Assembly (NCBI RefSeq): GCF_044704955.1
Contig: NC_091995.1
Span: 14,012,001 to 14,076,000, forward strand
Origin: Pristiophorus japonicus
Lineage: Eukaryota
Length of the DNA: 64,000 bases
Direction: 5' to 3'
Of this stretch, positions 12,922 through 25,714 are shown in pieces (position 1 is the first letter of the stretch; every line of letters begins with the position of its first letter). Below the pieces are notes generated by a model. It worked only from the letters and a program-made list of their open reading frames with translations. It did no database searches and was not told where the DNA came from. Both the position numbers and the translations under genes were made by a program.

Positions 12922-13259
12922 GAGCAAGCAATCGGGATGGTGAAGATGTGCTTCAGATGCCTGGACAGATCTTGAAGAGCCCTTCAATGTGCACCAGCCA
13001 GGGTCTCTTGCACAATAAAGCACAGCAGTGTGGATTGGAGCTGCAGGTGGAGCGAGGCCCAGAGCAGCTTCGCAGGAGGAACACGAAGAGGTGGAGGGAA
13101 CTGAGGTGGCGGTGCACATTGCTGCCCGAGAGGCCCGGAATGACCTCATAATGACCAGATTTAGTTAAGCTGCACCACTGCACTATACGACACCCGGATG
13201 CTGAACTAACTTATCCCACCCCCCCCCCCACCAACGCCACAAGGCAGTCCTAAAATGAC

Positions 13260-13580
13260 CATAAGAAATAGGAGCAGGGGTAGGCCATTTGACCCCCCGA
13301 TCCTGCTCCGCCATTCAATAAGATCATGGCTGATCTGTTCTTGAGCTCAGCTCCACTTCCCCGCCCACTCCCCATAACCCTTGACTCCCTTATCACTCAA
13401 AAATCTGTCTATCTCCACCTTAAATATATTCAATGACCCAGCCTCCACAGCTTTGTGAATTCCACAGATTCATGACCCTCTAAGAGAAGAAATTTCTCCT
13501 CATCTCAGTTCTAAATGGGTGACCCCTTATTCTGAGACTGTGCCCCTCTAGTTCTAGATTCCCCCCACGAGTGGAACCAT
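13260..13580 (-). mobile_element. CR1 LINE 3' fragment
   Basis: GHSLRIRGHPFRTEMRRNFFS and a CR1 3' UTR. Confidence 0.75.
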
Positions 13581-14044
13581 TCCTGTCACACACACTCAAC
13601 CATTGCTCGAGTTTAAGTAATGTACTACCTTTCACTCCAACTGTCAAGGCCGCTTCCCAGATAGCAGGCAAAAATGGACAAGACAGGAAAGAGCTGCATA
13701 TAAATGCATTTATGTGGTTCATAAATTGAAGTGAATCTTAACCCTCTGACATTTTGGAACACACCCATGTGCATCTACAATTGTGTCATTTTACTTTTCC
13801 TACCATTTCTATGACATGCACCCCTGAGGCTTCAGCAGAGGTGGAGCCAGGATGCTCTGACTTCTTCAATACATTTGGCAGTCATCCTCTGGGTTTTGGA
13901 GCCTGTGAGGACCCCGCCAAAGACTGCTCCTCCTGCACCTGTGCAGAGGTGGACTCGGCCAGTGTGACCCGAGGCAGCATGTGGGGCTCTGAGACTGAGG
14001 GGGAGGCAACGGGGATGAAGTGGAAGCGCTTTGAGCAGAGAAAG

Positions 14045-14361
14045 AAACAAAGAAAGACTTGCATTTATACATCCACAGGTTGTCCCAAAGCGCTTTACAG
14101 CCAATGAAGTATTTTTAGAGTGTAGTCGCTGTTGGAATGCGGGAAACGCGGCAGCCAATTTGTACATGGCAAGCTCCCACAAACAGCAATGTGAGAATGA
14201 CCAGATAATATTTTTTTGTTATGTTGATTGAGGGATAAATATTGGCCCGGGACACCGGGGAGAACTCCCCTGCTCTTCTTCGAAACAGTGGTCATGGGAT
14301 ATTTTATGTCCACTTAAGAGAGCAGACGGGGCCTCGGTTTAGCGTCTCATCCGAAAGACGT
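14045..14361 (-). mobile_element. Deu-domain SINE, 5'-truncated
   Basis: Deu core and tail shared with other copies. Confidence 0.75.
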
Positions 14362-15561
14362 TCAGACAAAGGAGCCCACCTCCATGTCCCCTCTCACCAT
14401 CATCCCTCTCATGACCTACCCGCACTTCCCTACTAGCCAGGAGCTAGAGAGCATCTTTCTGCACAGCAGTGGGGCGATGAGTGGCCAAGTCTAGGTTTGT
14501 ATCCTCCTGGATATGGCTGCAAACAGAATCTGCAGGCTGTTGTTCACAGCAAGCATGCCCTCATTTGTCTGGCGCATTAGCTGCTCCGTGCAGGTGACTG
14601 GCAGTGGAAAAGCGCATCGTCGCCATCGCCTGTGACACGGTGCTGCTCATGTTGGAAACGGACTTCTCCATTCTCCCTGCAGTCGCACTGGAAAAGCTGC
14701 CAGAGCCTCCCAGAGCATTTCTTTTGCTGCTCCTCAAGAATTATCCTCTTGGTCAAAGGCCCCCGAGCTACAGCATGTGTCCAGCTGAGCAGGGCTTTGA
14801 GCATTCTGTGCCCACCAACGAGACTCTTCACTGCTGACCCTGTCAACTCCACCTGCTCTTGCTCACTTCTGATCTTTGAGACACCAGGTGACAACACTAC
14901 TTGCTCTCTGTCACAGGACCCACCGTCATATGCGTATCTGTGCTGATGCTGGGTACAGATGGGTCTCTGAGGAGTCACCTTCCTCCTCCAGCTGGACAAA
15001 AGTTGGGAGGGGGGGGGGAAAGGGGGGGAGGTGAGGGGCATTTGATGGACCTGTGGAAGAGTAAATACATAAATTAGAACTATTATGATAAGAATGTTTT
15101 GAGTTACCATTATGCACTTGATTATATTTCTCTGCCTGTTGTCATAAAGTGTTTTTAAAATTTGTTATGGGAAATGGGCATCGCTGGCAAGGCCAGCGTT
15201 TATTGCCCGTCACTAATTGCCCTTGAGAAGGTGGTGGTGAGCCGCCTTCTTGAACCGCTGCTATACGTGTGGTGAAGGTGCTCCCACAGTGCTGTTAGGG
15301 AGGGAGTTCCAGGATTGTGACCAGGCGACCATGAAGCAATGGCGATATATTTCCAAGTCAGGATGGCATGTGACTTGGAGGGGAACATGGAGGTGGCGGT
15401 GTTCCCATGCGCCTGCTGCCCTTGTTCTTCTAGGTGGTAGAGGTCACGGGTTTGGGAGACGTGTGACTGTTGCATGCCATGTGGCTGTGTGAATTTTAAT
15501 TCTGTCACCACGTAGCTGGGAGGTCGCCCTCTCTCCATCTCCTACTGCCAGCAGCTCCGCA

Positions 15562-16608
15562 TCCCACAGATTTGCAGGATCTTGCAGAGACATCGTCGGA
15601 GGTATTTCTCCAGCCTTGAGGTGTCTACTGTATATGGTCCATGTCCCTGAGCCATACAGGAGGGCGGGTATCACTACAGCCCTGTAGACCATAAGTTTGG
15701 CGCCAGATTTGATCTTCGAACACTCTCTTCCTCAGGTGAGTGAAGGCTGCGCTAGCGCACTGGAGGTGGTGTTGAATCTCGTCATCGATGATTGCTAGGC
15801 TTCCGAGGTATAGGAAGTGGTCCACGTTGTCCAAGGCCACGCCGTGGATCTTGATGATCGGGGGTCAGCGCTGTGTGGCGGGGTCAGGTTGATGGAGGAC
15901 CTTTGTCTTAGGATGTTTAGTGTAAGGCCCATGCTTTTGTACGCCTCGGTGAAGATGTTGAAGATGGCTTGGAGTTCAGTCTCTGAATGTGCGCAGACGC
16001 AATCGTCGTCCGCGTACTGTAGTTCGACGACAGAGGATGGGACCTTGTCTCAGCAAGATCCTGCAAATCCCCTGGGAGAATAGACGCACCGAAGTCAGTG
16101 CTCTCGATCAAGCCAACATCCCCAGCATTGAAGGACTGACCACACTCGACCAGCTCCATTGGGCAGGCCACATTGTCTGCATACCCGGCGCAAGACTCCC
16201 AAAGCAAGCTCTCTACTCGGAACTCCTACACGGCAAGGGATCTCTAGGTGGGCAGAGGAAACCTTTCAAGGACACCCTCGAAGCCCTCCTTGATAATGTG
16301 CAACATCCCCATCGACACCTGGGAGTCCCTCGCCAAAGACCATCCTAAGTGGAGGAAGAGCATCTGGGAAGGCGCTGAGCAGCTCGAGTCTTGTCGCCGA
16401 GAGCATGCAGAAAACAAACGCAGACAGCGGAAGGAGCATGCAGCAAACCAGACTCCCCACCCACCTTTTCCTTCAACCACTGCCTGTCCCACCTGTGACA
16501 GAGACTGTAATTGCCACATTGGACTGTACAGTCACCTGAGAACTCACTTTTAGAGTGGAAGCAAGTCTTCCTCAATTTCGAGGGACTGCCGATGATGATG
16601 ATGATGGT
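15562..16608 (+). mobile_element. RTE-clade LINE with inverted 5' segment
   Basis: Plus-strand 3' part from about 16045 to 16608 with GAT tail; upstream RT segment (ELQYADD region to YGSGTW) inverted at about 15562-16030. Confidence 0.85.
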
Positions 16609-17589
16609 GATTCCACTGATGTCCAATGCCTCCTCCTCTGCTGCAATCAATGGTGTGATTACTGGAGGGCCATCTTTGGTTCTCTGCCTCTCCAGTGTGT
16701 TCTGTGCTCTCTTCCCCTGCAAGTTGCAAAACAAAGGACCTTGGAGTTTGAGTCATGGAATGAGTGTTAGCGCTGGATGGGCAAGATCTGCAGAGGGTGA
16801 CATTGCCCAATGTCCTCCTTGTGTGGTGTTACTGGCTAGGATTGCATTCGGGTGAGGGCGAGTGCCAGTGGTGGCTAGTCAGATGGGGACATGAGTGGGG
16901 ACATGAGTGATGCAACATCACTCCTGTTGTGAGGAGTGATATGCAGGAGTAGGCGCGGGAAGACAGAGTGATGGCAGGGTGTGGGTAATGTGGCATTGCA
17001 CTCACCTTTCCTGCCCTCGTGAGGTCATTAAATCGCTCCCCTCACTGTATCCAGGAACTAGTAAGCACAGTCCTGCTGCTCACTTCTTTCTCGATCTCCA
17101 GCCATGCCCTTGTTGTCTCGGCCGCTGCCCTCTTCATCCCGTCACTGGAGAAGAGGCCTTCCCTGTGGGCTGACTCCCTGGTGCAGGATTTCTAGAGAGG
17201 CATCACTGAATCTGAGGACATGGTCTTGGTGCTGAGCCTGCATTTTTGCTTATCAAGCTGTATAACTTGATATTCTACCAACGAGCTTACACTATCAACA
17301 ATCCATTGTCTCTCCCCACCAAACTCTTTTGCACCTTCACCAACCTTCAACTGCAACCTTTAACTAGCTGAGCTGAAGTCGCCTCATCTGCGACGTCATT
17401 AGACCTGCTCCAGTTAATTGGTCGGGGAACCCGCATGACTGATTCAATTGCAGTGGCTTCGAAAAAAAGCCATGCAGAACACGCTGTTAGAACATCCGGG
17501 CTCCCGACCCGCTCCACGCCTCCCTCCTTCCCCACCCATCTCAACGGAAAGCTAAAAATTCAGCCCCGTGAATCATTGGCAATTGTCAC

Positions 17590-18593
17590 TGTAATGTACA
17601 GGTTGAACCTCCCTTATCCGGCAAATAAGGGATTTTGCCGGATGAGGGGAGGTGACGTGTTTGCAACCCACTCCCAGCCTCAAGCCACTTCGGGGCTCGT
17701 GGCCCGCTGACACTTCTGTGCTCACACACATTGTTCACACTTGGATCTACTGAGCACAATGGGTTAGACAGAGTGAGAGTGAATCTTCCTGTTTGATTTG
17801 TCCCTGTGCCAGTGTGGGGAGACTCCAGGAACGACTCCTGGAGTGGGACCAGCAGCAACTGGAGTTCGTGCTGGAGCAGCGGTTCCTCGTCTCCTTCCCC
17901 ACCGACCCTTACCCCAGCCCTGAGCACAGCGCTGGGGGACGAAGCTGACCAACACCCCACACATCCACTGCTGGTCGAGGAGCCAGCACCGTGCAAAAGG
18001 AAGGTGAGTCAACGGAGTCAGTGGGCCGGCGGGCCCCCGAGGTGTCGGTGGGCTGGGGGGAGGCTCCGAAGGTGTTGGTGGGCCCTGAGGAGTCGGTGGG
18101 TCCCGAGGTGTCGCCTCCGAAGTTGGGTAAATTTATTATGGGTCTGTTGAGATTGAAATGTGCCGTGCAAGTGTAAATGGCCAAGTTTTTTTTAACCTTG
18201 ATATTTTTTGAGGATTTTGATGGCCGCGTTCTGTGCATGCACCACCCGGTGGCATCGAATGGTCCCAGACGAGTGGTGGTGCCGGATAAGGGAGTCCCGG
18301 ATAAGAGAGGTTGAACCTGTATTTCGTTCATGGATTCTCTGCTTAAGAATTCATCGCAACACATTGCTATTAAGAAGTAGTTAGCTTATTAGCAAAGGTT
18401 TATCAATCACAAAACACATTACACAATACCAGTTCATCCACCAGGCTCACAACCACATGGCTCATCGTGGATCCCCTGAGCCCAACTGGCTGGGGTTTTG
18501 TTGAGTCTTGTGAATATCACGTGACTGGCTAAGCCACTCCTAACCCAAAAGCTCTACAAACCTGTGAGCATACTCACTCGTGCATACATTACA
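17590..18593. mobile_element. Solo LTR (about 280 bp excluding the nested element)
   Basis: Termini TGTAATGTA...TACATTACA (TG...CA, 9-bp inverted) with a 5-bp TSD GTCAC at 17585-17589 and 18594-18598. Confidence 0.75.
17599..18319. mobile_element. Non-autonomous Tc1/pogo (Tigger-like) TIR element
   Basis: 23-bp TIRs CAGGTT(G/C)AACCTC(C/T)CTTATCCGG flanked by TA on both sides; a partial second copy of the right end lies at about 18672-18760. Confidence 0.85.
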
Positions 18594-18759
18594 GTCACCT
18601 ATAATGGTTGTTAGGCTTAATTTAAAAAGCATTCTCTCCACTCCCCAATGACTCAATAGGCAAGTGCTTATTGATGGCCGCGTTCTGTGCATGCACCACC
18701 CGGTGGAATCGAATGGTCCCAGATGAGTGGTGGTGCCGGATAAGGGAGTCCCGGATAAG

Positions 18760-19137
18760 ATTCTGACGGGTTTAGACAGGTTAGATGCAGGAAGAATGTT
18801 CCCAATGTTGGGGAAGTCCAGAACCAGGGGTCACAGTCTGAGGATAAGGGGTAAGCCATTTAGGACCGAGATGAGGAGAAACTTCTTCACCCAGAGAGTG
18901 GTGAACCTGTGGAATTCTCTACCACAGAAAGTAGTTGAGGCCAATTCACTAAATATATTCAAAAGGGAGTTAGATGAAGTCCTTACTACTCGGGGGATCA
19001 AGGGTTATGGCGAGAAAGCAGGAAGGGGGTACTGAAGTTTCATGTTCAGCCATGAACTCATTGAATGGCGGTGCAGGCTAGAAGGGCTGAATGGCCTGCT
19101 CCTGCACCTATTTTCTATGTTTCTATGTTTTCTATGC
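18760..19137 (+). mobile_element. CR1 LINE 3' fragment
   Basis: RT C-terminus essentially identical to the copy at about 10880-11260; TTTCTATG tail. Confidence 0.88.
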
Positions 19138-19890
19138 TTGCTGAGCTGGTACCACCGGGTCTTACAGAGCAGGTTTGACCCCTGCAGTGCGCTGAGATGG
19201 CTGATCTCAGCCGGCACAGCAGTATAAGTGCCACATTTGGCTTCAGTCTCCCTTTTGTGTTGGGGATGAGAAAGTCAGCCTGTTCCTGATTACAAACCCA
19301 CAACTCCTACCGCAAAGTCCGTCTGCTCATGCTTGTGAATATCGGGTGAGAGAAGGACTGCACGTGGCTGGATTGCTGGCCTATTTTAATCACTCCACCA
19401 TTGGTGGCTGTGCCTTCAACTGCCTGGGCCCTAAATCCTGGCACTCCCTCCCTAAACCTCTCCGGCTCTCTTTCCTCCCTTAAGACACACCTTAAAACCT
19501 ACTTCTTTGACCAAGCTTTTGGTCACCTGCCCTATGTGGCTCGGTGTCAAATGATCAGTTTGATCATCGCTCCTGTGAAGCGCCTTGGGATGTTTGACTA
19601 TGTTAAAAACACTATATAAATGCAATGTGTTGTTGTTAATACAGAGAGAGGGTGGCCGCAGGTGTAAGAAGGAACAGCTAAATAGACAACCACCTTTCTT
19701 CTTGTACTCTGTTTGGGAGGGTGTGAGACATGAGGACAGCCTCAGGTGGAATTGGACCTCACAGAATAAAAATTTTTGATGAGATGTTTGGAACAACGGT
19801 GAAAAACTGGGCATCTTAGAGGTGACCTTAGTTCTGGAAAGGATGAGAACAAATGAATCACTTAAATGATCAGGAGCAGAGTTCCAGAGC

Positions 19891-20457
19891 TCATCATCAT
19901 CATAGGCAGTCCCTCGAAATCGAGAAAGACTTGCTTCCACTCTAAAAGTGAGTTCTCAGGTGACTGAACAGTCCAATACAGGAATTACAGTCTCTGTCAC
20001 AGGTGGGACAGGCAGTGGTTGGAGGAAAGGGTGGGTGGGGAGCCTGGTTTACCGCACGCTCCTTCCGCTGCCTGCGCTTGCTTTCTGCATGCTCTCGGCG
20101 ATGAGACTCGAGGTGCTCAGCCCCCTCCTGGATGCTCTGCCTCTATTTAGGGCGGTCTTTGGCCAGGGACTCCCAGGTGTCGCTGGGTATGTTGCATTTT
20201 ATCAAGGAGGCTTTGAGGGTGTCCTTGAAACGTTTCTTCTACCCACTTGGGGCTCGCCTGCCGTGTAGAGCGCTTGCTTTGGGAGTCTTGTGTCGGGCAT
20301 GTGGACAATGTGGCCTGCCCAGCGGAGCTGGTCGAGTGTGGTCAGTGCTTCAATGCTGGGGATGTTGGCCTGAGCGAGAACACTGATGTTGATGCGCTTA
20401 TCCTCCCATGGATTTGCAGGATCTTGTGGAGACATCGTTGGTGGTATTTCTCCAGCG
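19891..20457 (-). mobile_element. RTE-clade LINE 3' fragment
   Basis: QANIPSIEALTTLDQLRWAGHIVHM and a GAT tail; begins about 60 bp downstream of the H2B stem-loop. Confidence 0.85.
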
Positions 20458-20515
20458 ATGTGGAAGTGGCGTTAGAGCGCCTTCTGATTTAGCCCATCTT
20501 TGGATAATGGCAAGT

Positions 20516-20531
20516 GGCTCTGAAAAGAGCC
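20516..20531 (-). terminator. Histone mRNA 3' stem-loop (H2B variant 1)
   Basis: GGCTCTTTTCAGAGCC preceded by AAAAA, 35 nt after the stop codon. Confidence 0.95.
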
Positions 20532-20566
20532 TTTTTCGGGTTAAATGTTCCACTGACCAGGAAGCT

Positions 20567-20947
20567 TTATTTGCAGCTGGTGTATTTGGTGACCGCTTTC
20601 GTCCCCTCGGAGACGGCGTGCTTGGCCAGCTCCCCCGGGAGCAGCAGGCGGACAGCGGTCTGAATCTCCCGGGAGGAGATGGTGTGCCGCCGGCTGTAGT
20701 GGATCAGGCGGGAGGCCTCGCAGGCGATGCGCTCGAAGATGTCGTTGACGAACGAGTTCATGACACTCATGGCCTTGGAGGAGATGCTGGTGTCGGGGTG
20801 AACCTGCTTCAGCACCTTGTAGATGTAGATGCTGTAGCTCTGCTTCCTGGACTTCCTGCGCTTCTTCTCGCCTTTGACCCGTTGTTTGGAGACCACTTTC
20901 TTTGGCCCCTTTTTAGGCGCTATGCCCTTTGACACTGGCTCAGGCAT
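20567..20947 (-). CDS. H2B: Histone H2B variant 1 (126 aa)
   Basis: Intronless, intact histone fold ([10 protein letters not shown]...[23 protein letters not shown]), stem-loop and octamer promoter. Confidence 0.96.
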   Translation of the reverse strand: MPEPVSKGIAPKKGPKKVVSKQRVKGEKKRRKSRKQSYSIYIYKVLKQVHPDTSISSKAMSVMNSFVNDIFERIACEASRLIHYSRRHTISSREIQTAVRLLLPGELAKHAVSEGTKAVTKYTSCK

Positions 20948-20996
20948 GGTACACGGGCGGGAAGTTTTGTTTGGGAGAAAGTCTGCTCGACGCGCG

Positions 20997-21110
20997 ATTT
21001 AATAACCCGTCGTATGCAAATGAGGAATCGGAAACTCACGCATTCCTATTGGTGGACCGGCGCGGTCTCCATTGTGATTTGGATACAATGCGTGATAATT
21101 GGCCAATCAG
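20997..21110 (-). promoter_or_regulatory. H2B promoter: TATA-like, H2B octamer box, CCAAT boxes
   Basis: Minus strand reads CCTCATTTGCATAC (octamer 21014-21021) upstream of TTATTAAAT; CCAAT boxes at about 21048 and 21100. Confidence 0.8.
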
Positions 21111-21204
21111 GATCGCGAACGGTATTGTTGCAGTTTCCAAGTCTTCAGGCAAACTCCGAGAATGCGGAAGTTAAACTGCTTTGATTGTGGGACAACATCA
21201 CCTT

Positions 21205-22762
21205 CAATGGGGTAGCACTGTCTCGCCTCTGATTCAGAAGGTTGTGGGTTCAAGTCCCACTCCAGAGACTTATACGGCACAGCAACGGGCCATTCGGCCC
21301 AACTAGTCTATGCCAGCGTTTATGCTCCACTCGAGCCTCCTCCCGTTTTTCCTCATCTAAATTTAGCAAAAATATCTGGGCTGGCACTCCCAGGGCAGTG
21401 CTGAGGGAACAGTGCACTGTCAGAGATGCCGTCTTTCGGACGAGATGTCAAACCGAGGCCCTGTCCGCTCTCAGGTGGATGTAAAATATCCCATGGGACT
21501 ATTTCATAAGAACATAAATAGGAGCAGGAATAGGCCATTCGGCCCTTCGAGCCTGCACTGCCATTCAATATGATCATGGCTGATCATGCAACTTCAGTAC
21601 CCCACTCCATACCCCCTGATCCCCTTAGATGTAAGGGCCACATCTAACTCCCTCTTAAATATATCCAACGAACTGGACTCAACAACTTTCTGTGGTAGAG
21701 AATTCCACAAGTTCATCACTCTGGGTGAAAAAGCTTCTCCTCATCTCGGTCCTATATGGCTTACCTCTTATCTTTTAGATTGTGACCCCTGGTTCTGAAC
21801 TTCCCCCAACATCGGGAACATTCTTCCTGCATCTAACCTGTCCAGTCCCGTCATCATTTTATATGTTTCTATGAGAACCCCTCTCATTCTTCTAAATTCC
21901 AGTGAATATAAGCCTAGCTGATCTAGTCTTTCTTTCTTATGTCAGTCCTGCTATCCTGGGAATTAGTCTGGTGAACCTTCACTGCGCTCCCTCAATAGCA
22001 AGCACATCCTTCCTCAGATTAGAAGACCAAAACTGCAGGCAATACTCAAGGTGTGGTCTCACCAAGGCCCTGTACAACTGCAGTAAGACCTCCCTGCTCC
22101 TATACACAAATCCTCTCGCTATGAAGGCCAACATGCCATTTGCCTTCTTTGCCGCCTGCTGCACCTGCATGCCTACCTTCAGTGACTGATGCACCATGAC
22201 ACCCAGGTCTCGTTGCACCTCCCCTTTTACTAATCTGCCATTCAAATAATAATCTGCCTTCGTGTTTTTGCCACCAAAGTGGATAACCTCATATTTATCC
22301 ACATTATACTGCATCTGCCATGTATTTGCCCACTCACCTAACCTGTACAAGTCACCTTACAGCCTCTTAGCATCCTCCTCACAGCTCACACCACCACCCA
22401 GCTTAGCGTCATCTGCAAACTTGGAGATATTACATTCAATTCAATTTAATCCGATCATGGCTGACCCGATCATGGACTCGGGTCCACTTCCCTGCCTGCT
22501 CCCCATAACCCCTTATTCCCTTTTGAAGAGCAGGGGATTTCTCCATGGTGTCCTGGCCATTATTTATCCCTCAATCAACATCACAAATATAAATAATATC
22601 TGATCATTATCACATTGCTGTTTGTGGGAGCTTGGCCGTGCACAAATTGGCTGTTGCGTTTCCTACATTTGAAGTGACACTTTAGAAGGTACTTCATTGG
22701 CTGTGAAGCGCTTTGGAATGTCCTGTGATCGTGAAAGGCACTGTATAAATGCAAGTTCTTTA
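21205..22762. mobile_element. Deu-SINE (+) split by CR1 fragments (-, about 21505-22520)
   Basis: SINE head and core at 21205-21506 resume at about 22520; RT ORF 21979-22350 lies between them. Confidence 0.75.
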
Positions 22763-23202
22763 AATTTCAGTAACGGTGCATACTGGAGAAAGGAATCCCA
22801 GAGGGTTGCAGCTGACAAAGGGAAAAATATATTGTAATAGTATAGTTGCATCCCTGGTCAGTGCTTGTGACGTTTTATTACATTAAAGAGGCTATATAAA
22901 TGCGCTATATATGCTCGAGGAACAGCATCTTTTTTGATTAGGCAGTTCCTTCTGGACTCAACAAAGTTAAATAATGTCAGACCACTGCCATTTTTTCTGG
23001 CGGCTGCTGTTGGTGATTCTGCCATTCCCAGTTGCACATTTCTGGTTCAGGACAAGGATACAGAATGACCACTAAAAACAAACTCCATTATCTGGGTCCA
23101 TTCCTACTATACCCCAACGTCTCCCTCCATATCAAACCCAAGAATAAACACGAATTTGTATATATGCAACAATCTGTAAGCTCTTCTGCTGATTGAATGG
23201 GT

Positions 23203-23218
23203 GGCTCTTAAAAGAGCC
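23203..23218 (-). terminator. Histone 3' stem-loop (H4) with downstream element
   Basis: GGCTCTTTTAAGAGCC-ACCCA followed by AGAAGAGCT. Confidence 0.95.
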
Positions 23219-23254
23219 TTTTTGGGTTTCAGGTCTTAATTGTATTAATATTTT

Positions 23255-23641
<387 letters not shown>

Positions 23642-23643
23642 TC

Positions 23644-23710
23644 ATTTTATACAGTACTGGCGGACCTGGTTGGAAACCTATAAAATGGGCGGAGTCCGGA
23701 TGCAAATGAG
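23644..23710 (-). promoter_or_regulatory. H4 promoter: TATA, site II-like element, octamer
   Basis: Minus strand GGTTTCCAACCAGGTCCG (23661-23678) resembles vertebrate H4 site II; TATAAAA at about 23645-23651; octamer at 23700-23707. Confidence 0.75.
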
Positions 23711-24697
23711 GGCTCCAGGCTTCTTCTCAATATTAAACTGCACCCGTGGGGGAAAGAGACACCTAGACATAAGCAGCATGCCGCAAATGTGGTAAAATCT
23801 GAAACATAAACATAAAATGCATGGAATACACTCAGCAAGTTGTGGAGAGAGAGAGATTTTCTCTGTCACTTCTGTGTGCCAGACCCTGTTTTGGACACAG
23901 TGTTGTCTCCTCGAGCTGCATTTTATTGAAGTCCCTCCCAGTTTTTTAAAATCTCTCACTATATGTTTCGGTCCTTCCAGCAAATTGCTTTTCCTTTGTA
24001 CCGCTGTTTTTTCCCCTGCTCCCATGACGGCCTTTTGTGAGGTCCGTCCAGTTCACCTAATTTTCACAAGCTAACAGGGATGGAGGAGGTGGGGGAATGC
24101 CTTCAGTTGGATGCAGCCTGGATGAAGGCAACCTGGAGCCCTCTTTCACAGAGTGTTGTAATCGCAGATAGGCACAAAGCTTTAAAAGAACAATGACTGG
24201 CAGATGGCTACTTTTCCGTGTTCTCCTGGCTCTTAGTTGAACACCCACCAGCAATAAATGATATCCCAATTGTGATCTGAGCTGAAACCTTTGCTTTAGA
24301 AAGTACCTGTCGCTCCAGGGGTTTCAGAATGCAAGGGCCATTGTATGTGTAGTGTCCATCAGCAACTTTACCATCACAAATATTAATTAGAAGAACAATA
24401 ACGGAATAAAGAGCCACTTAAAATAATACAGACAAGACTACTAGCAATCATCCCTAATAGAAATGTTACTCCATCTCCTTTCCATATTTCCCAATTGCAT
24501 GTGATTACTATGGTTTATAATACTAATCAATCTTTGCTAGACAGGAAGATCTATAGATACAACATTAATATTGTCCAATCTATTTCTCAGTAATTGTTTT
24601 TCCATTGTTTCCCTAAACTGCTTTGTCTCTCTACCTCTCTTTCCTTCTTTAAGACACTCCTTAAAACCTACCTCTTTGGCTCTGTGCCAAACTTTGT

Positions 24698-25712
24698 CCT
24701 CGGGGCTCAGTGCTGGGTCCCTTGCTTTTTCTGGTATATATCAATGATTTAGACTTGAATGTAGGGGGGCATAATTAAGAAGTTTGCAGATGATACAAAA
24801 ATTGGCCTTGTGGTTGATAATGCAGAAGAAAGCTGCAAACCGCAGGAAGATATCAATCAACTGGTCAGGTGGGCAGAACAGTGGCAAATATAATTCAATC
24901 TAGAGAAGTGTGAGGTTAATGCATTTGGGGAGGGCTAACAAGGCAAGGGTATACACAATAAATGGTAGGACACTGAGAAGTGTAGAGGAACAGAGTGACC
25001 TTGGAGTGCATGTCCACAGATCCCTGAAGGTAGCAGGACAGGTAGATCAGGTGGTTAAGAAGGCATATGGGATACTCGGCTTTATTAACCAAGGCATAGA
25101 AGACAAGAGCAGGGAGGTCATACCTCAATTGTATAAAACACTAGTTAGGCCACAGCTAGAGTACTGCATGCAGTTCTGGTCATCACATTACAGGAAATAT
25201 GTGATTGCACGAGAGAAGGTACAGAGGAGATTTACCCAGGATGTTGCCTGGACTGGAGAATTTTAAGTATGAGGAAAGATTGGATAGGCTGGGTTTGTTT
25301 TCTTTGGAACAGAGAATGCTGAGCGGAGACCTTGAGGTGTGTAAAATAATGAGGGGCATAGATAGAATGGAAAGGAAGGACCTATTTCCCTTAGCAGAGG
25401 GGTCAACTACCAATGGTCATAGATTTAAAGTAATTGGTAGGAGGTTTAGAGGGGATTTGAGGCAGATGTTTTTTCACCCAGAGTGTGGTGGGGGTCTGGA
25501 AGTCACTGCCTGATAGGGTGGTAGAGGCAGAAACCCTCATCACATTTTAAAAAGTACTTGGATGTACACTTGAACTGCCATAAACTACAGGGCTATGGAC
25601 CAAGAGCTGCAAAGTGGAATTAGGCTGGATATCTCTGTCGGCCAGTGCAGACACGATGGGCTGAAATGGCCTCCTTCTGTGCTGTAAATTTCTATGATTC
25701 TATAATTCTATG
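24698..25712 (+). mobile_element. CR1 LINE fragment (older subfamily)
   Basis: KFADDTK, RPQLEYCMQFW, TTCTATGA tail. Confidence 0.85.
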
Positions 25713-25714
25713 AA

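Larger units (their letters stand above)
9370..13170 (+). pseudogene. Harbinger (HARBI1-like) DDE transposase pseudogene, interrupted
   Basis: QRVSFLHMTEQQCLRRL (about 10210), PVAVKVTTALNFFTLGSFQ, FPQVQGTIDC, RKGLHSLNVQLVC, SCHDSFIL, WLLGDKGY; frameshifted and split by SINE and CR1 insertions. Confidence 0.8.
13750..17243 (-). pseudogene. Harbinger Myb/SANT accessory-protein pseudogene (multi-exon)
   Basis: Exon 17243-17006 reads MQAQ...RFSDASLEIL...AWLEIEKEVSSR...SWIQ*..FNDLTRAGK and ends at a GTGAGT donor. A downstream exon (...PPVITPLIAAEEEALDISG) is split by an RTE. The 3' limit is approximate. Confidence 0.65.
7902..17567. mobile_element. Decayed PIF/Harbinger DNA transposon with many nested retroelements
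   Basis: Convergent transposase (+) and Myb/SANT (-) remnants. The right end reads GGGCTGAATTTT on the minus strand; the left end (GGCCGGAACTTTT at about 7903) is less certain. Confidence 0.65.

Noticed and set aside
11855-13170. Possible domesticated HARBI1 gene
   Set aside because: Frameshifts, stops and several nested insertions show a dead transposon copy.
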